From the IMG/VR virus record IMGVR_UViG_3300017650_000001, positions 1 through 64,000 of that record: a stretch of DNA of 64,000 bases. The stretch is one strand, 5' to 3'. This DNA comes from a virus. A program made the position numbers and the translations under genes. The notes under the pieces are model-generated. The model saw only the letters and a program-made list of their open reading frames with translations. It ran no database searches and was not told the DNA's origin. Below, one piece after another: positions 1 to 8,212 of this stretch (positions are counted from its first letter, which is position 1; every line of letters begins with the position of its first letter).

Positions 1-2
1 AA

Positions 3-530
3 ATCTGCTGTATACGCATCTAACCAGAAATAAGGCACGTTCGCATTACCGGCCTGTCGAATTGTCGCATCTTGTATCTGATTGTACACGTAGTAGTTCA
101 TCGTGTACATAGCTGTGTTGTCGGGTACAGGCCACAGCGTAATAGTAGGCGGGATGATGCGGTTCCACCAAAACGTTGTTGGGAAACCTTGGGTATCAGG
201 ATTAGCAAGGCTTGCGTAGTCGGTACGCGAAAATGGGAAGATCAGTCGATTGGATGATCCATTGTTAATGTAAACATCCAAGACAGAAACGACATTGGCT
301 GGAACCGTATAAGTCGACTGTCCCGCAGTCAAAGGCTGCGATACCAGCTCAACCGTCCACCATGTGATGCCGTCAGCACCCCAAGAAGCTTGAAGGAGGT
401 TCGACTCCATCCAAGCATTCTCCATATGCTCCGCAAGAATTTCAGTCCGCTTGATCTGACAACGCGAGAACGCGTTGAGAGTCAGCATTCCGATAGGGGG
501 ATTGAACGAATAAGTACCAGAGGTACTCAT
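3..530 (-). CDS. Head-tail adaptor protein (runs off the window start)
   Basis: Not in the ORF track. Manual translation from ATG 530 gives MSTSGTYSFNPPIG...SRTDYASLANPDTQGFPTTFWWNR...LWPVPD, typical of phage adaptor proteins; lies downstream of the capsid operon. Confidence 0.7.
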   Translation of the reverse strand, partial: MSTSGTYSFNPPIGMLTLNAFSRCQIKRTEILAEHMENAWMESNLLQASWGADGITWWTVELVSQPLTAGQSTYTVPANVVSVLDVYINNGSSNRLIFPFSRTDYASLANPDTQGFPTTFWWNRIIPPTITLWPVPDNTAMYTMNYYVYNQIQDATIRQAGNANVPYFWLDAYTAD

Positions 531-536
531 AGCAGC

Positions 537-1211
537 TTAGCCGATGCCGACTTGGATGAATCGAGGCCTGACCATGCCATTTCCTGAATTGATTACAACT
601 CGGGTAGCAATGATCGGGGTCGAGATTGTGCTGTCTTGATTAGCTGTAGCGTTAGCCACAATCGTGTTGATTGGGAACGGAGTTGTAACTCCAGGAGGAA
701 GATTGTTGGGATCGTCAAAAGTGTATTGAACAGTATAGTTAATTGTCCCAACCACTTGGACGAAGTACGACAGATTGAAGGGAGGTTCACCCAAGTAATC
801 CCAAGTGATCCAGCGTGACGCTCCGCTTGATGTCGTTCCTACAGTCACCGTACCTGCAACAGAGCCTGTATGCGTAACGCGATTTACCGTAACAAAGCTA
901 ATGTTTGAAGTTGCTGCACCTACATTAGCGCCAGCAAATGTATCCGATACTGTCTGTCCACTTGAGTTGGTGCCATAAACAGTGAATGTGATACTAGAGT
1001 CATCACCACCAGATGTGATTATGACATTGATACCCGGCTCGGAATTGGTCAACTCGTCATAAGTATCAAGAACAGCGACACCGTTTACAACAGCAGAACC
1101 GTTGATTAAGATGGCGCCTGCGCCAGGCGACTGGCTCGCAGCAATGCTGGTAGCACTAGATGCTGGCAAGGTCTTTGTAAAGACGACTGATGTTGCTGCT
1201 GTTGTTGCCAT
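537..1211 (-). CDS. Putative virion structural protein (Thr/Ser/Gly-rich beta protein)
   Basis: Composition and position between capsid and adaptor genes. Confidence 0.5.
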   Translation of the reverse strand: MATTAATSVVFTKTLPASSATSIAASQSPGAGAILINGSAVVNGVAVLDTYDELTNSEPGINVIITSGGDDSSITFTVYGTNSSGQTVSDTFAGANVGAATSNISFVTVNRVTHTGSVAGTVTVGTTSSGASRWITWDYLGEPPFNLSYFVQVVGTINYTVQYTFDDPNNLPPGVTTPFPINTIVANATANQDSTISTPIIATRVVINSGNGMVRPRFIQVGIG

Positions 1212-1213
1212 TC

Positions 1214-1456
1214 TTAACGGCGATGAGCCTTATCCGAGCGTGACCCGGCAGCATCGCCCTCTACTTGAATATTGGGATATCGACGCTTTACAGCAGCTTT
1301 GACCTTGGATACGCCTTCCGGCCCAAGATTCTGGGAAGCGCGTGCTAGTGCGTTGCGTGCATGGGAAGCGTCTTCAATCGGATACTTGCGTTCTTTTGGG
1401 AACACAAACTCGTTCTTGGAAAGACGCTTCCTAGCTGTAGACGATAGCACAGCCAT
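1214..1456 (-). CDS. Small basic phage protein (DUF6582-like)
   Basis: FVFPKERKYPIEDASHARNALAR motif. Confidence 0.55.
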   Translation of the reverse strand: MAVLSSTARKRLSKNEFVFPKERKYPIEDASHARNALARASQNLGPEGVSKVKAAVKRRYPNIQVEGDAAGSRSDKAHRR

Positions 1457-1462
1457 CGGGAA

Positions 1463-1912
1463 TTATCCCTTGATGGACTTATTGCTCTTAGCTTCGTCGA
1501 GAACGCCTTCCTCAGGAGTCTCACCCGGTGTCGTGTGCTTTACACGAGCAGCAGTTGAGAGCGGAGTGAGGTTAGCGCCGATGCGACCGCCACGAGCACG
1601 TCCCTTGTGAAGCATACTGTGCTGCTTGACGCTTTTGTGGACAGCATCGCCATCGACTGAACCGCCGCGCTTGCGCTCTTCCACAGCGCCGCCGTCCTTG
1701 CGTTCAGCGTCCTTCTTCTTGACATGGCCGCCACGAGCACGCTTGTCAGCACGATCCTTGGCCTTGTCGCCTTCAGCCTTAGCGTGTACGCGACCGCCCT
1801 TCTTCTTCTCTTCTGCTTCCTTGGCCGCGTTCTGATCGCCACCAGCGTTCCACTTTGGCTCAGAAGAAAGTCCGCCGCCGCTGGCACGCATCTTATGTCG
1901 AGCTCTTGACAT
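1463..1912 (-). CDS. Lys/Arg-rich protein with repeated basic-GG motifs; possible internal virion protein
   Basis: RASGG, KKKGG, RARGG x2, RKDGG, RKRGG; AAGGA SD. Confidence 0.55.
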   Translation of the reverse strand: MSRARHKMRASGGGLSSEPKWNAGGDQNAAKEAEEKKKGGRVHAKAEGDKAKDRADKRARGGHVKKKDAERKDGGAVEERKRGGSVDGDAVHKSVKQHSMLHKGRARGGRIGANLTPLSTAARVKHTTPGETPEEGVLDEAKSNKSIKG

Positions 1913-1978
1913 ATTGTATTCCTTGTCTACCCGGATCCGTGGGCTCGGTTAGTAGAGCAGAATCTGCTACTAATCAGA

Positions 1979-2680
1979 TTATACAGATTGAGCTGACGTG
2001 CGTTCTGTTGAGCAGAAAACGTTATCAACTAGCAAAGTATTCGTTGCACCCGTACCGTTTGCTACAGCAAGAGTAAGGTTCAGGTTTGTAGCGAAAGGAA
2101 TGTTCGTTGTTGACATTCCAATAGGATTGCCATTCAAGAATCCGCGAACACCCGTGATGCCATCGTACCACCAACCAACACTAACATAGGTTGTATTGGC
2201 CATCGTTCCCGCTGCGACAGTTGTCGTTGTTGACGCGGCAGTGGTCAGCATATTCAAAGTCGTGCTTGCTGCACTCTTACGGAAGTATACACCGTTTGTA
2301 ACGGTAAGTGGTGTGGTTGTGGTCTGGATAAGACCTACAATCAAAGCAGCGTTGGTCGCATTGGACACATTGAAGCGTGCTTTGAACCAAGCTTGCTGAC
2401 CTTGTACAATCTGGAAAGTTGCAGCGGTTAGCTGCAATGAGTCAAGATCGTTGTTTGCTGCGGAGTTTGCAAGCGACAAGATCCCGCCGTCTCCCGCAAC
2501 GATTGAGTTTGTAACCGACCCTGTCGCGGTGTTTGTCCAATCACCTGCGGTATAAGTATCGAAATCGTTGAAGTACTGGTGAAATACAGTGGGGTCATTT
2601 GCGCCGTACGTTGACAGCACTGTATTCAGCTGAGCGTTGGTCTGACCTGAGGGAAGGTTGGTAGTTGAGATGTTTGACAC
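1979..2680 (-). CDS. Putative virion/capsid decoration protein
   Basis: Thr-rich beta-sandwich-like sequence directly after the MCP; GTG start. Confidence 0.5.
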   Translation of the reverse strand: MSNISTTNLPSGQTNAQLNTVLSTYGANDPTVFHQYFNDFDTYTAGDWTNTATGSVTNSIVAGDGGILSLANSAANNDLDSLQLTAATFQIVQGQQAWFKARFNVSNATNAALIVGLIQTTTTPLTVTNGVYFRKSAASTTLNMLTTAASTTTTVAAGTMANTTYVSVGWWYDGITGVRGFLNGNPIGMSTTNIPFATNLNLTLAVANGTGATNTLLVDNVFCSTERTSAQSV

Positions 2681-2709
2681 GTTTCAAACCCTGTGTTTAC
2701 TAGCTTCCC

Positions 2710-2746
2710 AAAAAACTCTGAGAGAGTGGAGGAAGCTCTCTCAGAG
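2710..2746 (-). terminator. Intrinsic terminator after the major capsid gene
   Basis: 11-bp stem CTCTGAGAGAG/CTCTCTCAGAG, 9-nt loop, followed by T6 on the minus strand. Confidence 0.85.
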
Positions 2747-2779
2747 AGTTTAGGCGTCCCGTTGGGAGACTTTGGACGC

Positions 2780-3706
2780 TTAGCTTGTTGGCTGCGAGCC
2801 CCACAGTGAACGCGGATCGTTATAGTTGAAGCTATAACGTTCCCAAGCCTTGACAAGCAAGTTGTCCGTGGTGAAGTCGACTTGCATGTCGATTTCGAAA
2901 GGCTCACGCTCAAGATAAAGCAGACCCGGCTGGTCGGTCTTGATATACCACGCGAATGGGTTGGTGAAGAACACGTCCTTCACATAATCGGTGATACCAC
3001 CCGCGACCGACGGGATAACGTTCGGGTCGTTCATTGCCGTACCCGGACGAAGTTCCGCGCGGAGCAGACGAAGAGCGACAGGTTCGTTGTTCGGATGGAT
3101 AACAAGGGTCTTACCCGTTGCCATCATGCGAAGACCAGCGTTGTCGTACATCCCGGTCTGGATCGAAATCATACCGTTCAAAAGAGTTGACTCGTTCAAG
3201 TCAACTGCGACGGTAGGTGTGTTCGACCAGCTTGCAGGCCCCGAACCACCAGCAGGCAGTGGGTGCGCTGCATTCAGCAAGGATACACCGTCTCCGCCGA
3301 CCGTGCTATCGTAGACACCCGCATTGTTGAATACGGCCGCTGCGTAGATTTCCTTGGTCTGTGCGAACGAACGCTGAAGTCCAAGATTGGAAGGACGGAA
3401 CTGTGCCTTGTACAGGTTGTCCGAAATGGTGTTACGCGTAATCGCGTAACCAAGTCCGATACCAGTGTGCAACTGGTTGTAGACGAAGGCTTCACCCGAG
3501 CTGTTATCGAAAGCGGTCTGACCGCCATCAGTCTTAAGCTGAGCGAGTGGCAGGAAGCGCATCGAAGCGGTGCGTTCCTGTGCCATTTCCGACTTGCCTT
3601 GGTCGAAAAGCTTTGGCCAGATAGCCGGCCATTGCTTGTACTCACCAGTGACGCCGCGAAGGCCCGGGAGTAGCAAGTCACGAATTGCTGCGACGTTAAT
3701 TGCCAT
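2780..3706 (-). CDS. Major capsid protein
   Basis: 308 aa; LLLPGL N-terminus, AAAVFNNA, DGVSLLNAAHP, ERYSFNYNDPR C-terminus; strong codon bias; followed by a terminator. Confidence 0.9.
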   Translation of the reverse strand: MAINVAAIRDLLLPGLRGVTGEYKQWPAIWPKLFDQGKSEMAQERTASMRFLPLAQLKTDGGQTAFDNSSGEAFVYNQLHTGIGLGYAITRNTISDNLYKAQFRPSNLGLQRSFAQTKEIYAAAVFNNAGVYDSTVGGDGVSLLNAAHPLPAGGSGPASWSNTPTVAVDLNESTLLNGMISIQTGMYDNAGLRMMATGKTLVIHPNNEPVALRLLRAELRPGTAMNDPNVIPSVAGGITDYVKDVFFTNPFAWYIKTDQPGLLYLEREPFEIDMQVDFTTDNLLVKAWERYSFNYNDPRSLWGSQPTS

Positions 3707-3712
3707 GACTTG

Positions 3713-4345
3713 TTATACTCCGGTCTGTGTCTTGAAAATCTGATTGTTAAAAGAAACAATCACATAGTTGCCAGCCGATGCTGAATCCGTTCCATTGGAT
3801 GTCGGCGGAGTGGTTACCATGCTGACAATCTTGAATGGAAGCGTTGCGGCAGAAGCTGCGGCTGCGGTTGTGAGTGACATACCAGAAATGCCTGTTACGG
3901 TATTTCCTGACGGTGTAGAAGCAATGTCTACTCCGAAGCCCTGAGTTCCGGGTCCATTGTTAACAGCTGTGTTACACTGAACCTTCCACTCAGAATTGGG
4001 ATCGTCGCAAATGAATGCGTTAACGTCACCCGTTGCATCAGCGCCTGGCCAGTAATTACTCCAAACCATCTTGCGCTGGCTGGTTGAGTAATACGAGCAA
4101 CCGAGGAAGATACCTACCAATTGCTTGGTGGCTGATCCATCACCGGTCGTCCACTGAATGATATAGCCTGCCGATGACGTTCCAGTGTCGCCCGTAATCC
4201 AATAACGGACAGCGTCACCAAAAAAGATCGGTGTAGCATAGGTAGATGCGATTCGGTAAGGTGGGTTGTGTCCTTGCGCAAAGTTCGGCATACCTGATGC
4301 CGTTCCCATCTGCGCAAATCCGAAAGGACCGATAACGTTAGCCAT
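3713..4345 (-). CDS. Conserved pre-capsid protein (minor capsid/cement)
   Basis: MAN..PFGF start, IFFGD, GIFLGC, DDP motifs; immediately upstream of the MCP. Confidence 0.6.
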   Translation of the reverse strand: MANVIGPFGFAQMGTASGMPNFAQGHNPPYRIASTYATPIFFGDAVRYWITGDTGTSSAGYIIQWTTGDGSATKQLVGIFLGCSYYSTSQRKMVWSNYWPGADATGDVNAFICDDPNSEWKVQCNTAVNNGPGTQGFGVDIASTPSGNTVTGISGMSLTTAAAASAATLPFKIVSMVTTPPTSNGTDSASAGNYVIVSFNNQIFKTQTGV

Positions 4346-4349
4346 AAAG

Positions 4350-4527
4350 AATACCTCTGCTAACCTCTGTTAAGCTACCGCAAACCGCGGTAGAAGACGA
4401 TTGTACGAGATTAGGGCGGCGGCTCAAATCCCAGCGCGGGAAGCCTTCCTAGTAGGAGTTGAACTCTATTGAGTTCTATCCTCTTCAACAATGTCTGCGT
4501 GACACGTTGGTAACAACTTCTAGGGAA
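4350..4527 (-). ncRNA. Structured leader of the capsid operon
   Basis: Hairpins at 4486-4509, 4461-4476, 4421-4445, 4375-4393 and 4359-4375; possible closing helix 4446-4452/4520-4527. Confidence 0.55.
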
Positions 4528-4554
4528 ATTAAGGCGGGTTCTACAAATACGCAA
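4526..4554 (-). promoter_or_regulatory. Candidate sigma70-type promoter TTGCGT-N17-TAATTT
   Basis: 17-bp spacing; the same TTGCGT hexamer occurs at 55225-55230 and 14305-14310. Confidence 0.45.
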
Positions 4555-4578
4555 GAATATTGTATCTTGTAGATTAAA

Positions 4579-4791
4579 CTAGTCTTTCAAGTTTGTGGAA
4601 CTCAATTGCTCATCAGCAAGAGCATCCACAATTATTGCTCGTAAATAAACTGATATTTTGACTTTGTTACTTTTGGCTAGTTTGTCAAGAAGAGCGTAGT
4701 CCTGATGCGTAATCCACGTCGCAACAGGACGATGGTTAGCATCATAGGAGTTTTCTTTGGGCTTTTGACGCTCTTCTTTCACAGTGAGCAT
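4579..4791 (-). CDS. Ribbon-helix-helix-like DNA-binding protein
   Basis: PVATWITHQDYALLDKLAKSNKVKISVYLRAII beta-helix-helix pattern. Confidence 0.5.
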   Translation of the reverse strand: MLTVKEERQKPKENSYDANHRPVATWITHQDYALLDKLAKSNKVKISVYLRAIIVDALADEQLSSTNLKD

Positions 4792-5114
4792 TCTACTTCT
4801 TCTTTTCCCAATGTAGGGAATCTACCCGTGATAGAAAGAATACGTAGCTATCTTTGGGCCGAATTGTATGAACGAGAATATCACTAGACTTGGAATCTTC
4901 CGCAGCCTTGTCAGGAATAGTTGAAACTTCAATCGGGGAGTCTGTATAATTACTGACTACGATGCTTCCTGACATCATCATCCTCTTGCTTTTCTTCTTG
5001 GCCTAGCAACGCCAATAGCGCTCGGATAAAGTTTTCCTGAGCGCTATTGTTTGTTGTTTTTGCGTACTCTAGTTGCTGTTGTAAATCACAACGTGAGTAG
5101 AGAGCACCCATCGA

Positions 5115-5663
5115 TCAATCCTCGATAGTGACCGGACGCATCATTTCCTTGATCAGCGTCGGTTTAGTACGCTGGAGCTCGTTGGCTTCAGACTTACCAA
5201 GGCGCTGTTCAGCTTCCCGCACCTGACGGCGCGACAACTGACGAATTTCACGACGAGCTTCTTCTGAAAGCTCCTTCGGACGCTCCATCAAGATCATGCC
5301 GTTCTTGATGATATTGGGCTCAACATATCCTGGAGGAACCCAATTAGGATGTCGCTTGGGATTGACCGGTTCCCAGCCCTGTTCCCGCATTTGCGCGATA
5401 TAGAAAGGATCATGTTGACCGGATACCGACCAACGCTTCCACTCGTACTCACTTCCCTCAGGGATTTCGTCCAAAGGAATGAAAAACACATCCTCGTTTA
5501 CCGTAGCTTTGCGTCGACGTGTGCGTTGACGCGGAGCGTCATGCTCCTCTACATGAGCAGCAGACCGATCCGCCGCGCCCCGACGCTGATGCACAGCCTC
5601 GCGTGGAGTAGCTGTTTCTGCATCATCTTCAATCTGAACACGCGTACCTACTCGTGACATCAT
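5115..5663 (-). CDS. Conserved phage head-module protein
   Basis: YEWKR..GWEPV..ILMERP motifs; between scaffold and capsid operon. Confidence 0.55.
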   Translation of the reverse strand: MMSRVGTRVQIEDDAETATPREAVHQRRGAADRSAAHVEEHDAPRQRTRRRKATVNEDVFFIPLDEIPEGSEYEWKRWSVSGQHDPFYIAQMREQGWEPVNPKRHPNWVPPGYVEPNIIKNGMILMERPKELSEEARREIRQLSRRQVREAEQRLGKSEANELQRTKPTLIKEMMRPVTIED

Positions 5664-5671
5664 CTATCTCC

Positions 5672-6781
5672 TTAGTGCGACGTACGGCCGAGCTTGCCTT
5701 CGGCTTCAAGCTCAAGCAGGTTGCGCGCGTACATTCCGTAAGCCTGTTGTTCAGGCAAATGTGGGAAAGAAACCTTCGCCATCTCTTGCTGATCGCGGGT
5801 CAAGCGAACTTCGCGGATGTTGCGAGCGGCTGGAGTTCCCGATGCAGAAGGAGCATCACGAGAAACAGGAGCAGCAACCGCAGGAGCAGCACGAGTTGGC
5901 TCTGCCGGAGGTTCAACAAGAGGTGCTGTGGCAGGGGTAACAGCAGCCGCAGCAGAAACAGGCTGACGAACACCAACATGCTCCTCAATAATACGGAAGT
6001 AATCAGGAGTATTGAGTTGGGTTCCTGATGCAATAGCTGCGTAATGCCCTTGCATCATCTTATTGTGCTTGACAGAGTCGCCACCCTGCTCAGGAGGCAA
6101 ACAATCAAGATGCATCCGAAGCCAATTCTGAGCTTGTGGAGCAAACTGAGACAAGAAACGTTCTGTCTGAGATGCTACAGGTTGTGGTTCAGCAGTATGG
6201 GTAGCAGTCTGACGAGCTCCCGATTCAAAAGCAGACTTTGCATCTTCAAGACGGTCAATAGCCGCAGCGGCCTTTGACATCTTGATCTGGATGTCTGCCA
6301 TCTTTGAGAATTCGCCCGCTTCCGCAGCGCGAGTATAAGCGTCCCGCTGTGCCTCAAGCTCACGATTAGCAGCTTCAAGACTGCTATCGATCATCGTAAG
6401 CTCGGTGTTAGCAGCGCGCTGTGCTGAGTCTTCCGCTTCCTTTATTGCTCGCTGTCGGTCACGTTCAGCTTGTTCGGCGCGGGTTCGTTCTGCGGCTGCG
6501 GTCGCTTCGGCAGCGACGCGCGCTTCATCAGACCTCTTGGCCTGAGCAATAGCCTCTTCAAGCGCCTTGTCGGGAGTCGTGCTCGGTGTAGCTGCTTCAA
6601 CATCAGGTTCAGGAGAAACGCGCTTGCGAGTTGTCTTGGGCTTTGGTTCTACTTCCGCAGCTGGCGGTGCTGCTACAGCAGCCTGTCCTCCTGCCGGATC
6701 GACAGGATTACCGTCTACTTGAACTTGTACCGTATCAAGATCATCGACTTGAACGGAGATGCTGTCATCATCTTTAGCCAT
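5672..6781 (-). CDS. Capsid scaffolding protein
   Basis: Ala/Glu coiled coil, Pro/Ala linker, C-terminal VRLT..QQEMAK..YARN; located between portal and MCP. Confidence 0.7.
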   Translation of the reverse strand: MAKDDDSISVQVDDLDTVQVQVDGNPVDPAGGQAAVAAPPAAEVEPKPKTTRKRVSPEPDVEAATPSTTPDKALEEAIAQAKRSDEARVAAEATAAAERTRAEQAERDRQRAIKEAEDSAQRAANTELTMIDSSLEAANRELEAQRDAYTRAAEAGEFSKMADIQIKMSKAAAAIDRLEDAKSAFESGARQTATHTAEPQPVASQTERFLSQFAPQAQNWLRMHLDCLPPEQGGDSVKHNKMMQGHYAAIASGTQLNTPDYFRIIEEHVGVRQPVSAAAAVTPATAPLVEPPAEPTRAAPAVAAPVSRDAPSASGTPAARNIREVRLTRDQQEMAKVSFPHLPEQQAYGMYARNLLELEAEGKLGRTSH

Positions 6782-6804
6782 TGTAAGCTCCTATGTTCCA
6801 TTGG

Positions 6805-7197
6805 TTAGTAAACAACGTCCGGAGCTGGCATCTTCAAACGAATATACTGATCTTCCACCAACCGGCAAAGCTGTCCGTTAATAACGATCTGGCGACCGTC
6901 ACTAACAAAGATGGCGACCCATTCGCCAACTTCAGCGTTCTGCCCTTTGAAATCATAATTAGAGTCAGAAACGAATGCTGTAGGACCCTTCTTAAGGACG
7001 AGTCCTGCTTTTCCTTGATATCGATCCTCATTCCGAGTCTGATCTGACAAGTAAACACCCGACTTTGTCTTATTGGGGCGTTCGTATATGCCAATCAGAA
7101 CATGGTTTCCAAAGATCGTAAAATCGTCAAGACTGCCAATTTTGTCCGTAATGGTCTTGGCAGGATCGTCTTCATGCGCCATCAGCATCGCTGGCAT
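6805..7197 (-). CDS. groES: Co-chaperonin GroES-like
   Basis: GNHVLI..E..KTKSGVYL..G.VLKKGP..VGEWV pattern. Confidence 0.8.
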   Translation of the reverse strand: MPAMLMAHEDDPAKTITDKIGSLDDFTIFGNHVLIGIYERPNKTKSGVYLSDQTRNEDRYQGKAGLVLKKGPTAFVSDSNYDFKGQNAEVGEWVAIFVSDGRQIVINGQLCRLVEDQYIRLKMPAPDVVY

Positions 7198-7460
7198 TAA
7201 TCGTCTCCGTCAATTGGTTTCTGTGAACCGTATATTTCTTTATCGATAGACATCCCGATTTCGATGATGTCTTGCAACGCTCGAATGTACGAGACATCCG
7301 AATTGTATCGCATAGCAGTTGCTTCGACGTTCAAAACTCCGTTAGAGCCATGCGTCAAAGAATTCCCATCTGCTACAGCGAACCTCCTCTTCTCTAGTTC
7401 TTCAGCCAGTCTTTTGTATAACTGGTTGAAGAAAGGATCAACGATCCGGTAGTCAGCCAT
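7197..7460 (-). CDS. Hypothetical head-module protein
   Basis: Translationally coupled to groES. Confidence 0.5.
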   Translation of the reverse strand: MADYRIVDPFFNQLYKRLAEELEKRRFAVADGNSLTHGSNGVLNVEATAMRYNSDVSYIRALQDIIEIGMSIDKEIYGSQKPIDGDD

Positions 7461-7469
7461 TGGTAAACC

Positions 7470-8177
7470 TTAAATGGCCTGTGGCTTCATGTCTTTCTTA
7501 TGACGGCGGTGCAGAGAAGCCTTTTCAAGACGTCCCGGACCACTCTCTGCTCCTGACTTAACAGAAGAAATATCAACCATGCCACCGCGAGCACGCTCGC
7601 GCTCAAGACCTTCTTGCTTGAGCACACGATGGATCAACTGCTTATCTTGTGCTTCATCAGGATGGTTAGCACGTCCACCGCGTTTGCGCGGCATCATTGG
7701 AGGTGCACCTGCTCCCATCGGAGGAGCTCCCGGAGGCGGTCCTGGCGGCATCGGAGGCTTTGGACCTGCCGCAGCAGCCAAAGCAGCCAATTGTGGATTT
7801 GCCGGTCCAGCTGGCGGCTGTTGTGCGCCTTGCGGAGCAACAATTACGTTGACGTGGGTAGATCCCTTGCCCTTCCCCTTGAGACGGCCGCCACGAGCAC
7901 GTGTAGCAATCTCAACAGGCTTGATCTTCCCACCCTTCTTATAGGTAGCAACTGGATTAGCTACAACAGCACGACGTGCCGGCTTATCGCTGCGAGCTGT
8001 TGCAGCAGCATAGTCTGCACCGAAACCAACGTGATCTTCAGGACCCTCGTCCTTGAGATTTTCCATTGGCGCTAGTCGGTTGTTTGCCGGACCTGACGCC
8101 GAACCATAGTGTCGCGTCATACGACGTAGCTTTGAATTGTGGGCGTCAGAAGCATCGCGCTTTAGTGGGTGTGCCAT
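7470..8177 (-). CDS. Basic, Pro-rich protein with basic-GG repeats
   Basis: YKKGG, RARGG x2, RKRGG; PPMPPGPPPG stretch. Confidence 0.55.
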   Translation of the reverse strand: MAHPLKRDASDAHNSKLRRMTRHYGSASGPANNRLAPMENLKDEGPEDHVGFGADYAAATARSDKPARRAVVANPVATYKKGGKIKPVEIATRARGGRLKGKGKGSTHVNVIVAPQGAQQPPAGPANPQLAALAAAAGPKPPMPPGPPPGAPPMGAGAPPMMPRKRGGRANHPDEAQDKQLIHRVLKQEGLERERARGGMVDISSVKSGAESGPGRLEKASLHRRHKKDMKPQAI

Positions 8178-8212
8178 ATTCTACTATCCAGTTGTACTCA
8201 ATATCCCGATGC

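Noticed and set aside
5013-5060. 11-bp hairpin CAATAGCGCTC/GAGCGCTATTG as a terminator
   Set aside because: The T-rich tail is on the non-coding strand and the hairpin lies in a probable short ORF; function unsupported
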